This document shows, piece after piece, positions 8,019 through 15,608 of a DNA stretch of 47,985 bases. The notes below the pieces were generated by a model that searched no databases, was not told the DNA's origin, and saw only the letters and a list, made by a program, of their open reading frames with translations. The stretch is from Patescibacteria group bacterium UBA6241 (GTDB taxonomy: Bacteria > Patescibacteriota > Minisyncoccia > Phycocordibacterales > Phycocordibacteraceae), in the NCBI GenBank assembly GCA_002441425.1, contig DJWB01000005.1:86705-134689 (forward strand), read 5' to 3'. Position 1 is the stretch's first letter, and the number at the start of each line of letters is the position of its first letter. The position numbers were made by a program, and so were the translations under genes.

Positions 8019-8065
8019 TTGAACCATATGATGTCTGTGCGCTTAAGTACGAGGATATCATCTCA

Positions 8066-9049
8066 ATGGACAATCTCCTTGCTGCGTGGCGTGAGTTTTT
8101 AAAAGGAAAGCGAAAGAAGCGTGATGTGCAAGAGTTTGAGCGCAACCTGATGTCTAATATCGTATCGCTCCACACAGATCTTGTAAGAAAGGCTTATGTA
8201 CACGGTGGCTACCGTGAGTTTAGAATAAATGATCCGAAAGCGCGTGACATACACAAGGCGAGTGTGCGTGACCGACTTTTGCATCATGCTGTGTATCGCA
8301 TTCTCTACCCGGTATTTGATCGGAGTTTTATAGCAGACTCTTTCTCTTGCAGGGAAGGAAAGGGAACCCACAAAGCAATAAAACGCTTCGGGTCTTTTGC
8401 GTTCAAGATCTCAAAGAATCATACTCGCACTCTTTGGATCTTGAAGTGTGATATACGAAAGTTCTTCGCGTCTATAGACCATCAACGATTAACGAACATT
8501 CTTGAAGAACGGATTCCCAACCAAAATATACTGTGGCTCCTATCTGTCATTATAAAAAGTTTTCAGATTAATGGACAGGCAAAAGGGCTTCCACTCGGGA
8601 ATCTAACGAGCCAACTTCTCGTAAATATTTACATGAATGAGTTTGATCAATTCGTAAAGCATCAGCTCAAGGTGAAGGCGTATATTCGTTATGCAGACGA
8701 CTTTGTCCTTTTCTCTTCAGACAAAAGAGAGTTAGAAAAGATGCTGGTGTACATAGAAACATTCCTTAGAGACAATCTAAGTCTTACTCTTCATCCCAAG
8801 AAAGTTTCCATACGAACCCTCGCTTCGGGTGTTGATTTCCTAGGGTGGGTACATTTCCCTGATCATCGTGTCTTGCGCACTACAAGCAGGCGGCGCATGT
8901 TTCGCCGTCTCAAGAAGACCGCATACAGAAGAGATAGTGTAGGCTCTTATATAGGCCTTTTAGGGTACGGCAATAGCCAGAAGCTCAAGAAGGAAATAAA
9001 TATAGCGAGCGAACAAATGAGCAAGAGAAATGGCCTGGGCACCCGATGA
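8066..9049 (+). CDS. DGR reverse transcriptase
   Basis: YADDFVLF catalytic box, GLPLGNLTSQLLVNIYMNEFD (the DGR-specific LGxxxSQ motif), SFSCREGKGTHKA. 327 aa with no maturase or endonuclease tail. GAGGA lies 10 nt upstream of the ATG. Confidence 0.9.
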   Translation: MDNLLAAWREFLKGKRKKRDVQEFERNLMSNIVSLHTDLVRKAYVHGGYREFRINDPKARDIHKASVRDRLLHHAVYRILYPVFDRSFIADSFSCREGKGTHKAIKRFGSFAFKISKNHTRTLWILKCDIRKFFASIDHQRLTNILEERIPNQNILWLLSVIIKSFQINGQAKGLPLGNLTSQLLVNIYMNEFDQFVKHQLKVKAYIRYADDFVLFSSDKRELEKMLVYIETFLRDNLSLTLHPKKVSIRTLASGVDFLGWVHFPDHRVLRTTSRRRMFRRLKKTAYRRDSVGSYIGLLGYGNSQKLKKEINIASEQMSKRNGLGTR

Positions 9050-9083
9050 TGAGCCAGTACCCTCGTACTGGCTCATCATTTTG
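9046..9083 (+). terminator. intrinsic terminator of the RT gene
   Basis: 15-bp perfect stem ATGATGAGCCAGTAC-cctc-GTACTGGCTCATCAT followed by TTT. The stop codon lies in the left arm. Confidence 0.75.
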
Positions 9084-9111
9084 GTAAGATTGTGCTATAA
9101 CCCAAATACAT

Positions 9112-9184
9112 GGCGGCTATGGTGTAACGGTTAACACTACAGATTGTGGTTCTGTCAATTCGGGTTCGATTCCCGGTAGCCGCC
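9112..9184 (+). tRNA. tRNA-His(GTG) with encoded G-1
   Basis: G-GCGGCTA acceptor pairs with TAGCCGC-C, anticodon stem-loop is ACAGA-TTGTGGT-TCTGT, T-arm is TCGGG-TTCGATT-CCCGG. Confidence 0.8.
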
Positions 9185-9194
9185 CCCAGAATAT

Positions 9195-9605
9195 ATGAAA
9201 GAATTCTTCCAAGAGTTTAAGAAATTTGCCCTTCGCGGGAATGCCGTAGATCTAGCAATAGGTATCGTTGTTGGAGCTGCATTTACTGCAGTTACGAACT
9301 CACTGGTTAACAACATCATCACGCCGCCCCTTTCTCTTCTTACTAAGGGTATTAACTTTGAGGAGCTCTCATTCTCAATACCAAACACAGATGCGGCTAT
9401 TCACTACGGTCTTTTCATTCAGGCAATCATAAGTTTCCTCATAACTGCGTTCGCACTCTTCTTACTTGTGCGTTTTATTAACAAGCTTACGCTAGCGGCG
9501 CGCAAAGAGCAGGAAGAAGGAAAGACCCCGCCATCACAAAAGAGTGCTGAGCTTATGGTGCTTGAGGAGATTCGTGACGCCTTACGCAACGAACCTAAGT
9601 CATAA
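9195..9605 (+). CDS. mscL: large-conductance mechanosensitive channel
   Basis: FKKFALRGNAVDLAIGIVVGAAFTAVTNSLVNNIITPPL is the MscL signature. 136 aa. Confidence 0.9.
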   Translation: MKEFFQEFKKFALRGNAVDLAIGIVVGAAFTAVTNSLVNNIITPPLSLLTKGINFEELSFSIPNTDAAIHYGLFIQAIISFLITAFALFLLVRFINKLTLAARKEQEEGKTPPSQKSAELMVLEEIRDALRNEPKS

Positions 9606-9609
9606 TTCT

Positions 9610-10269
9610 ATGAAGCAACTCATCGCCGGTATCGTACTCATCTTCGTTCTTGGAGTTGGGGCATTCCTCTACAGAAATGCTGTTGAGCGTCCGTATGTGG
9701 CTGAAGGCACAGTGTGTACGCTTGAAGCAAAACTCTGCCCAGACGGTTCTTCCGTAGGGAGAAGTGGTCCTTCCTGCAGCTTTGCGCCTTGTGCATTTCC
9801 AAATGCGGAAATAGAGGACAAGCAGGTGGCATTTGTAGTTCCTGCTGGGTATACACCTGACGAGGCTGCGTATGGTGCTGACGCTTCTCTTATTGCCGCT
9901 TTCCAGAAAGCCGCTACAACAGGCGCACATTTTCTTATCGTGCGAAGCTACGCCATCCCTGAGGGAGAGACTGCAGAGGCGACTATTCTTGCGAACACCA
10001 AATATCAGCCTTCAGATATGCAGGCGACTAGTTTAAGCACGTTTGGCAGTGTATTGGTTAATGGAAAGACGTTCCGCTCAACAGTGATTGAGCGCTTTGA
10101 GGGCCAAGTACATAGCGCATACTATCTTGTGCGTACTAACGACGTGCTCGTGTTTGAGATCACGGAGCATGACGTGACGAACTGGACTGAGGCGACACTT
10201 GTTGTTGAGAATCTGCCAGAACACAAAGCGCTCCTTTCAATGCTCGCTACTTTGCAAGTAGGGGAATAA
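9610..10269 (+). CDS. hypothetical membrane-anchored exported protein
   Basis: Start moved to the Met before the TM helix (MKQLIAGIVLIFVLGVGAFLY). Cys-rich segment, then a globular domain. Confidence 0.5.
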   Translation: MKQLIAGIVLIFVLGVGAFLYRNAVERPYVAEGTVCTLEAKLCPDGSSVGRSGPSCSFAPCAFPNAEIEDKQVAFVVPAGYTPDEAAYGADASLIAAFQKAATTGAHFLIVRSYAIPEGETAEATILANTKYQPSDMQATSLSTFGSVLVNGKTFRSTVIERFEGQVHSAYYLVRTNDVLVFEITEHDVTNWTEATLVVENLPEHKALLSMLATLQVGE

Positions 10270-10271
10270 CT

Positions 10272-11036
10272 CTACTCAAGTACGAGGAGGAGGGCCATAA
10301 CACCAAGGCCAAAGAGTATCGCTCCAAACTGGAGTAAGTTACGTCGCGCACCAGTTGTTTTATGTAGTTCAGGTACGAGGTCAGAGCCTGCGATATACAC
10401 GAAGTTTCCTGCAGCGAATGCTGCAATAAGCGGTATCGCTGTTTCAAAACTTGCTGAGAGCAAGAACACAAGACCTGCACCCGCAAATGCAGAAAGCGCA
10501 GATGCAAAGTTAACAAGCAATGCTTTGCCGCGAGAGAATCCTGCGTGTATAAGAAGTGCGAAGTCTCCAATCTCCTGAGGTATTTCGTGCAGCATGATAG
10601 CAATGGTGGTTGCAATACCAACTTCAGGTGAGACGAGGAAGGCTGCAGCAATGGCAACTCCATCTACAAAGTTATGCAATCCATCTGAAACAAGTACTAA
10701 GTGACCAACAGGATGTACGTGTGCATGGGTCTCCGCAGCAAGCTCATCGTCTCCATGGGAATGGTGCCAGCGCAAGAACTTTTCAAGGGCAAAGAAAGTT
10801 AGTATTCCTGCAAGAATAAGACCAGATACAAGGGCTGGATTTGCGATTTCTTCAAACGCCTCAGGAATGAGGTGTATGAATGCGTCTCCAAAAAGTGCTC
10901 CCGCAGCAACAGAAACGAGCAGGAAGAGAATTTTACGTAGGAAACTTTCTTTCCAGGCGAGTGCAACAATTCCAACCAGGGAAACGAGGCTCACTACACC
11001 AATGGCGAGAAGCGCAGATATAATTTGTATAGTCAT
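10272..11036 (-). CDS. ZIP-family divalent metal (zinc) transporter
   Basis: HEIPQEIGDFALLIHAGFS motif, His-rich loop HHSHGDDELAAETHAHVHPVGH, multiple TM helices. Confidence 0.8.
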   Translation of the reverse strand: MTIQIISALLAIGVVSLVSLVGIVALAWKESFLRKILFLLVSVAAGALFGDAFIHLIPEAFEEIANPALVSGLILAGILTFFALEKFLRWHHSHGDDELAAETHAHVHPVGHLVLVSDGLHNFVDGVAIAAAFLVSPEVGIATTIAIMLHEIPQEIGDFALLIHAGFSRGKALLVNFASALSAFAGAGLVFLLSASFETAIPLIAAFAAGNFVYIAGSDLVPELHKTTGARRNLLQFGAILFGLGVMALLLVLE

Positions 11037-11058
11037 AGCAAAACGCTAGCATGCAGTG

Positions 11059-11089
11059 TATCCAGATGCAAATGGTTTGCATCTGGATA
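11059..11089. promoter_or_regulatory. candidate Fur/Zur operator in the divergent ZIP / regulator intergenic region
   Basis: 14-bp perfect inverted repeat TATCCAGATGCAAA-tgg-TTTGCATCTGGATA. Confidence 0.55.
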
Positions 11090-11118
11090 AAGTAGATGAC
11101 TACGCGTATGATCTATAT

Positions 11119-11526
11119 ATGAACGCCACACGAGCTACTGAATTGCTAAGATCTGCAGAACTCCGCGCAACGACGCAAAGAGTTCTTTTGCTCGCAACAC
11201 TCATTGCAGAGGCAAAGCCTTTATCTGTTGATGATCTTGGACTGCGTACAAAAAATAGCTTGGACACTGCAACGATATACAGAACTCTAGAGACATTTAA
11301 GGAGAAGGGTCTGGTGCGTCGTGTAGACCTTGACCAAGGCCGCGCACTCTATGAACATGCAGGGGAGCATCACCATCACATTGTGTGTACAAAGTGTGGA
11401 ACAATTCGTGATCTAGACATTTGTCTTCCAAAGACACTGCAGAATCAGGTGCGGGAGGAATCTAGATTTGCACATGTTAACCAGCACGCTCTTGAATTCT
11501 TCGGTGTCTGCAAAAAATGCGTATGA
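11119..11526 (+). CDS. Fur-family metalloregulator (Zur-like by context)
   Basis: RATTQRVLLL...TIYRTLETFKEKGLVRRV...HHHHIVCTKCG...CKKC. Start moved to the ATG downstream of the operator palindrome. Confidence 0.75.
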   Translation: MNATRATELLRSAELRATTQRVLLLATLIAEAKPLSVDDLGLRTKNSLDTATIYRTLETFKEKGLVRRVDLDQGRALYEHAGEHHHHIVCTKCGTIRDLDICLPKTLQNQVREESRFAHVNQHALEFFGVCKKCV

Positions 11527-12650
11527 ATGTACTGAAACTTTTAACACTTGGAATTTTTCTCATAGGAGCAGCAGCTCCGCTCACGACTCACGCGCAAGAG
11601 TTTCAAAGAGATATTGAGACCCTAGAGAAGGCGAGGGTTATTTCTGTTATAGACAGGGGAGAGCATCAGATACCAGGTACTGAAGTTACCTCTGAGTCTC
11701 AGTTTTTGTCTGCAGAGATTCTCACAGGAGCACAAAAGGGAGAGGTCGTGAGCTTTACGAATGATTTCGTTCAATTGCAGGAGGGAGATCAGTTCTATTT
11801 GAGACATCTAGTGAGTCCGACAGATGGAACTGAATTTTATTCAGTTGCAGATCCTTATAGATTGCATGTGCTTATTATTCTCACGCTTGTGTTTGTTGGG
11901 CTCGTATTTCTGTTCGGAGGCATCCAGGGCATACGAGGTCTCCTCTCACTCGTAGGAAGTCTACTTCTTATTTTCTACGTGCTTCTTCCGGGGATCTCTT
12001 CAGGGCTTTCTCCCGTGTTTGTGGCAATTGGTGTTGCGTCGCTGATTATTATTGTTGGCTCGTACATCACGCATGGGTTTACGAGAACAACCACAGCAGC
12101 AGTGTTGGGAATGATAGGGACTGTTGTAGTTACGGGTCTTGCGGCATGGTTTGTGGTTGATGTTGCTTCCTTAACTGGGTATGGATCCGATGAGAGTGTG
12201 TATCTTCGCTTTCAATCAGACGGCACCATAGATTTGATAGGAGTGCTTCTCGGAGGAATACTCATTGGTTTGCTTGGTGTGCTGTACGACAGTGCAATTG
12301 GACAGGCAGTAGCGGTAGAGGAGCTTCTGCGCATAGGAGGGAACGTATCAAAGCGAGAGGTGTACATGCGTGCACTGCGTATTGGACGAGAGCACATTGG
12401 AGCGCTCGTTAACACACTCGCCATTGCGTATGTGGGAGCATCTCTCCCTTTGTTCCTCTTGCTACAGTATTCCTCAGCCTCAGCGGGGTACATCATAAAC
12501 GGGGAGGTATTTGCTACTGAGATCGTCCGTATTCTTATTGGAAGTATCGGGCTTGTGCTCGCAGTGCCAGTAACGACCCTCATAGCCGTCTACCTTATAC
12601 GGCCTACAGAGAATCCCCGTGATACCATGCAGGCACACAGTCATAAATAA
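11517..12650 (+). CDS. YibE/F-family integral membrane protein
   Basis: 377 aa with an N-terminal signal/extracellular domain then ~6 TM helices. Family call is from the overall pattern. Confidence 0.55.
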   Translation: MRMNVLKLLTLGIFLIGAAAPLTTHAQEFQRDIETLEKARVISVIDRGEHQIPGTEVTSESQFLSAEILTGAQKGEVVSFTNDFVQLQEGDQFYLRHLVSPTDGTEFYSVADPYRLHVLIILTLVFVGLVFLFGGIQGIRGLLSLVGSLLLIFYVLLPGISSGLSPVFVAIGVASLIIIVGSYITHGFTRTTTAAVLGMIGTVVVTGLAAWFVVDVASLTGYGSDESVYLRFQSDGTIDLIGVLLGGILIGLLGVLYDSAIGQAVAVEELLRIGGNVSKREVYMRALRIGREHIGALVNTLAIAYVGASLPLFLLLQYSSASAGYIINGEVFATEIVRILIGSIGLVLAVPVTTLIAVYLIRPTENPRDTMQAHSHK

Positions 12651-12657
12651 TCCACCT

Positions 12658-13461
12658 ATGAATCAGCTCATGAATGAACTTTCTAGTAATAAAGTAATCC
12701 GCGGGGCAGCCGCAGCAGTGCTTATCGTGCTCGCGCTTTTCCTTGTAGCTCAGACTTGGAACGCTGTCTTTGATAAGGGTCCTAATGAGTACGTAAACAC
12801 CATTACGGTTGAGGGAACTGGACGCAGTGCAGCAGTGCCTGATATTGCCCGCATTACCTTTACGGTAACCGAGTCAGCGGCGAATGTTGCAGATGCGCAG
12901 GATGCAGCTACAAAGCGAACTGATGACGCGCTTAATGCTGTTTCCGAAATGGGAGTTGAGGACAAAGACATTAAGACGCTCTCATACAATGTGTCTCCAA
13001 AGTATGAGTACACGCAGACACCTTGCTACCCAGGCATGGCATGTCCTGCAGTTATCTCAAGCAGCCCACGTATTGTTGGATACGATGTTTCGCAGAGCGT
13101 AGAAGTTAAGGTTCGCAATACTGCAAAAGCAGGAGAAGTACTTGAAGCGCTTGGCTCACTCGGCGTGCAGAACATTTCTGGCCCCCACTTTGTAGTTGAT
13201 GACGAGTCTGAGGTAAAGAACGAGGCACGCGCAGAAGCTATTGAGGAAGCACGTGTAAAAGCAAAGCAGCTTGCTAAGGAGCTCGGTGTCCGTCTAGGAA
13301 AGGTTGTCTCGTACTCAGAGGGAAATCAGGGATACCCTATGTACGATAACTATGGAAAGGGAGGTGCAGTTATGAATGCTGAGGTTCGCTCAGCTCCATC
13401 TCTCCCAGTTGGAGAGAATGAGACGAATGTTACCGTTATGGTGACGTACGAGATTCACTAA
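12658..13461 (+). CDS. SIMPL/DUF541-domain secreted protein
   Basis: TM anchor, then ITVEGTGRSAAVPDIARITFTV...AIEEARVKAKQLAKELG, a pattern typical of SIMPL proteins. Confidence 0.65.
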   Translation: MNQLMNELSSNKVIRGAAAAVLIVLALFLVAQTWNAVFDKGPNEYVNTITVEGTGRSAAVPDIARITFTVTESAANVADAQDAATKRTDDALNAVSEMGVEDKDIKTLSYNVSPKYEYTQTPCYPGMACPAVISSSPRIVGYDVSQSVEVKVRNTAKAGEVLEALGSLGVQNISGPHFVVDDESEVKNEARAEAIEEARVKAKQLAKELGVRLGKVVSYSEGNQGYPMYDNYGKGGAVMNAEVRSAPSLPVGENETNVTVMVTYEIH

Positions 13462-13478
13462 TCTCTAGGAAGTGAAGC

Positions 13479-13508
13479 AAAACCCCGCTCAAACGAGCGG
13501 GGTTTTCG
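13479..13508 (+). terminator. intrinsic terminator
   Basis: AACCCCGCTC-aaac-GAGCGGGGTT followed by TTCGC. Confidence 0.65.
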
Positions 13509-13512
13509 CTAT

Positions 13513-13541
13513 TTGACACTGTAGTCAGGCCGTACTATCAT
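13513..13541 (+). promoter_or_regulatory. sigma70-type promoter of the secE-nusG-rplK operon
   Basis: TTGACA, 17-nt spacer, TATCAT. Confidence 0.45.
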
Positions 13542-13584
13542 GCAGCTATATAAGGCCCGCGGGGCTTTTTTATTTGCAAACCGC

Positions 13585-13773
13585 ATGAAATCACTCTTCA
13601 CCTACCTCAAAAACGTGCGCGGCGAACTGACACACGTCGTGTGGCCAGACCGTAAGGCTGCAATTATGCACACGGGGCTCATCATTTTGATCTCAGCAGC
13701 TGTTGCGCTCTACATCGCCGGTATTGACTATGTCTTCGCAGGAATTGTGAACCGCATTATCTCGGGCTACTAG
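13585..13773 (+). CDS. secE: preprotein translocase subunit SecE
   Basis: YLKNVRGELTHVVWPDRKAAIMHTGLIILISAAVALYI. Conserved position before nusG. Confidence 0.8.
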   Translation: MKSLFTYLKNVRGELTHVVWPDRKAAIMHTGLIILISAAVALYIAGIDYVFAGIVNRIISGY

Positions 13774-13785
13774 TCCTCTCACTTT

Positions 13786-14355
13786 ATGGAAATCAAAACC
13801 GCTCCCCACTTTAATGATGATGCACTAGACCAGACTCCACGCTGGTACACGATCCATACCTACGCTGGGTATGAGAACGCTGTTGAGCGTAACCTTAAGC
13901 AGCGCATTGAGTCTCTCGGCATGGAGGGCAAGATTTTTGAAGTTGTTGTTCCTACGGAGAAGAAGATCCGCGTAAAGGGAGGGAAGCGTATTGTTGAAGA
14001 AGAGAAGATTTACCCGGGCTACATTCTCGTACGCATGATTGTGGACGAGGATTCATGGTTCGTAGTGCGCAACACGCCGCGCGTAACTGGATTCGTTGGG
14101 GCAGGGAACACTCCTGTTCCTATGGAAGAGAGTGAGGTGAGTGGCCTCATGAAGCGCATGGATGCGGAGGCTCCTAAGCACCGTATTGACCTCATGAAGG
14201 ACGATCCAATTGTCATCGCTGATGGTCCCTTTAAGGACCTTGAGGGCAAGGTGGGAGAGATTGATGAGGAACGAGGCAAAGTTAAAGTTATGGTGGCTAT
14301 GTTTGGTCGCGAGACTCCGGTTGAGCTGGATTTCTTGCAGATACGCAAGCTATAA
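13786..14355 (+). CDS. nusG: transcription termination/antitermination factor NusG
   Basis: WYTIHTYAGYENAVERNL...PGYILVRM...NTPRVTGFVG... followed by a KOW motif. Confidence 0.9.
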   Translation: MEIKTAPHFNDDALDQTPRWYTIHTYAGYENAVERNLKQRIESLGMEGKIFEVVVPTEKKIRVKGGKRIVEEEKIYPGYILVRMIVDEDSWFVVRNTPRVTGFVGAGNTPVPMEESEVSGLMKRMDAEAPKHRIDLMKDDPIVIADGPFKDLEGKVGEIDEERGKVKVMVAMFGRETPVELDFLQIRKL

Positions 14356-14379
14356 CGTAGAGTCTGTAAACGAATTCAT

Positions 14380-14802
14380 ATGGCAAAAGCAATCAAGAAA
14401 ATTAAGCTCCAGATTCCTGGAGGCAAGGCAACTCCGGCTCCTCCGGTTGGTACCGTTCTCGGTCCTGCAGGAGTTAACATTGGAGACTTTGTTAACAAGT
14501 TCAACGAGCAGACTCGTGACCAGATGGGAGTCATTATTCCGGTTGAGATGACCGTATATGACGATCGTACTTTTACGTTCGTACTCAAGGTATCTCCGAT
14601 GTCTCGTCTTATTCTTAAGGCGCTTGGCGTAGACAAGGGTTCTGGAAAGACTCCACTTTCAAAGGTTGGAAACCTTTCAAAGGAACAGGTTCGCCAGATC
14701 GCAGAGACAAAGATGCCAGACCTTACTGCAGGAGATATTGAAGCAGCTGAGCGTATGGTTGAAGGAACTGCAAAGTCCATGGGCGTAACGGTAGGGAAGT
14801 AA
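14380..14802 (+). CDS. rplK: ribosomal protein L11
   Basis: [37 protein letters not shown]. Confidence 0.95.
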   Translation: MAKAIKKIKLQIPGGKATPAPPVGTVLGPAGVNIGDFVNKFNEQTRDQMGVIIPVEMTVYDDRTFTFVLKVSPMSRLILKALGVDKGSGKTPLSKVGNLSKEQVRQIAETKMPDLTAGDIEAAERMVEGTAKSMGVTVGK

Positions 14803-14818
14803 TTTATTTCACACAAAG

Positions 14819-14852
14819 CAAAGAGCCCGCGAAAGCGGGCTCTTTGCTTGTT
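14819..14852 (+). terminator. intrinsic terminator after rplK
   Basis: AGAGCCCGC-gaaa-GCGGGCTCT followed by TTGCTTGTT. Confidence 0.75.
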
Positions 14853-14914
14853 ATAGGGATGTGGTGTAGGTTCATCAGGTACGTTTCGTACATGCACATT
14901 GGAGGGAAGACTAC

Positions 14915-15559
14915 ATGCCCACAGCATGCTTAGACCTTAATGGTGTCATTTTGGGCACCAACGCAGCGCTACATGCGCTCGCTTGCGAAGAATCTGGTCT
15001 GGATATTCCGGCTGAGACCTTCGCAGGAAAGGAATCGGTGGGAAGGAAATTCCCGCTGAAAAAAGACAACTGTCGGCGTGGTGTACTCCTCGCCAAACAC
15101 TGGGAGGCAGCCAAATACCGTTTCTTCGAGCACCCGGACGACTTTGTGGCCAACGCCGCGCTCGTTCCGGGCGTGCGAAGGGCAGCTCAGATCCTCGTGT
15201 CGCGCGGCTGGGAGGTGGCCATTGTTTCGGACGTGAAGCGTCTGAACGAAGACCTGCTGCGACGCTGGTTGCGTGAGCAGAAGTTCCCGAATACGGATGC
15301 CAGTCGCATCCTGACGCGCGGCGAGGAACCCAAGACGCCATGGCAGTCCTGCTGCGACGTCGTCGTGGACAATGAGCTGGAACAGCTCATGCCGCTCGCG
15401 AAAAAGGGTGGTCCGCGGCTCGTTCACTTCCTTCCCGATCGGAAATCGGTTGGGGGCGAACGCAAGATGCAAACATCCATGACGCCGCGCATCACTTCTG
15501 TGCGCGGCTGGGAGGAAGCCCTCCCGTTCATTCTTCAGTTTGAAGAGGCGCTCGCGTAA
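14915..15559 (+). CDS. HAD-superfamily-like protein (NT5C/deoxyribonucleotidase-like layout), high-GC islet
   Basis: GGAGGG SD 8 nt upstream of the ATG. Motif I-like LDLNGVI, motif II-like VAIVSD, motif IV-like DVVVDNE. GC is about 57-62% on the sampled lines versus roughly 48-55% on two sampled flanking lines. Confidence 0.5.
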   Translation: MPTACLDLNGVILGTNAALHALACEESGLDIPAETFAGKESVGRKFPLKKDNCRRGVLLAKHWEAAKYRFFEHPDDFVANAALVPGVRRAAQILVSRGWEVAIVSDVKRLNEDLLRRWLREQKFPNTDASRILTRGEEPKTPWQSCCDVVVDNELEQLMPLAKKGGPRLVHFLPDRKSVGGERKMQTSMTPRITSVRGWEEALPFILQFEEALA

Positions 15560-15576
15560 GCCTGCCGCCACAACAC

Positions 15577-15608
15577 AAGCCCTGAGCAAAATGCTTGGGG
15601 CTTTTATT
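15577..15608. terminator. bidirectional terminator between the HAD-like gene and folA
   Basis: AAGCCCTGAGCA-aaa-TGCTTGGGGCTT imperfect stem followed by TTTATTATT. Confidence 0.55.

Larger units (their letters stand above)
6367..9083 (+). mobile_element. diversity-generating retroelement (DGR) cassette: promoter, target gene with VR, TR, avd (antisense), RT
   Basis: VR/TR pair with adenine-only mismatches, Avd-like ORF and DGR-type RT are contiguous. The cassette is bounded by tRNA-Leu and tRNA-His. Confidence 0.9.

Noticed and set aside
8066-9049. Alternative identity of the RT as a group II intron maturase or a retron RT
   Set aside because: It has no maturase/X or endonuclease tail. I saw no intron domain V/VI-like RNA or msr/msd-type inverted repeats nearby. 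The adenine-specific TR/VR pair and the LGxxxSQ motif point to a DGR.
14946-15589. Long minus-strand ORFs (206 aa and 131 aa) antisense to the HAD-like gene
   Set aside because: These are typical open antisense frames of high-GC DNA. They give Arg-rich products with no SD, whereas the plus-strand ORF has an SD, HAD-like motifs and a terminator.
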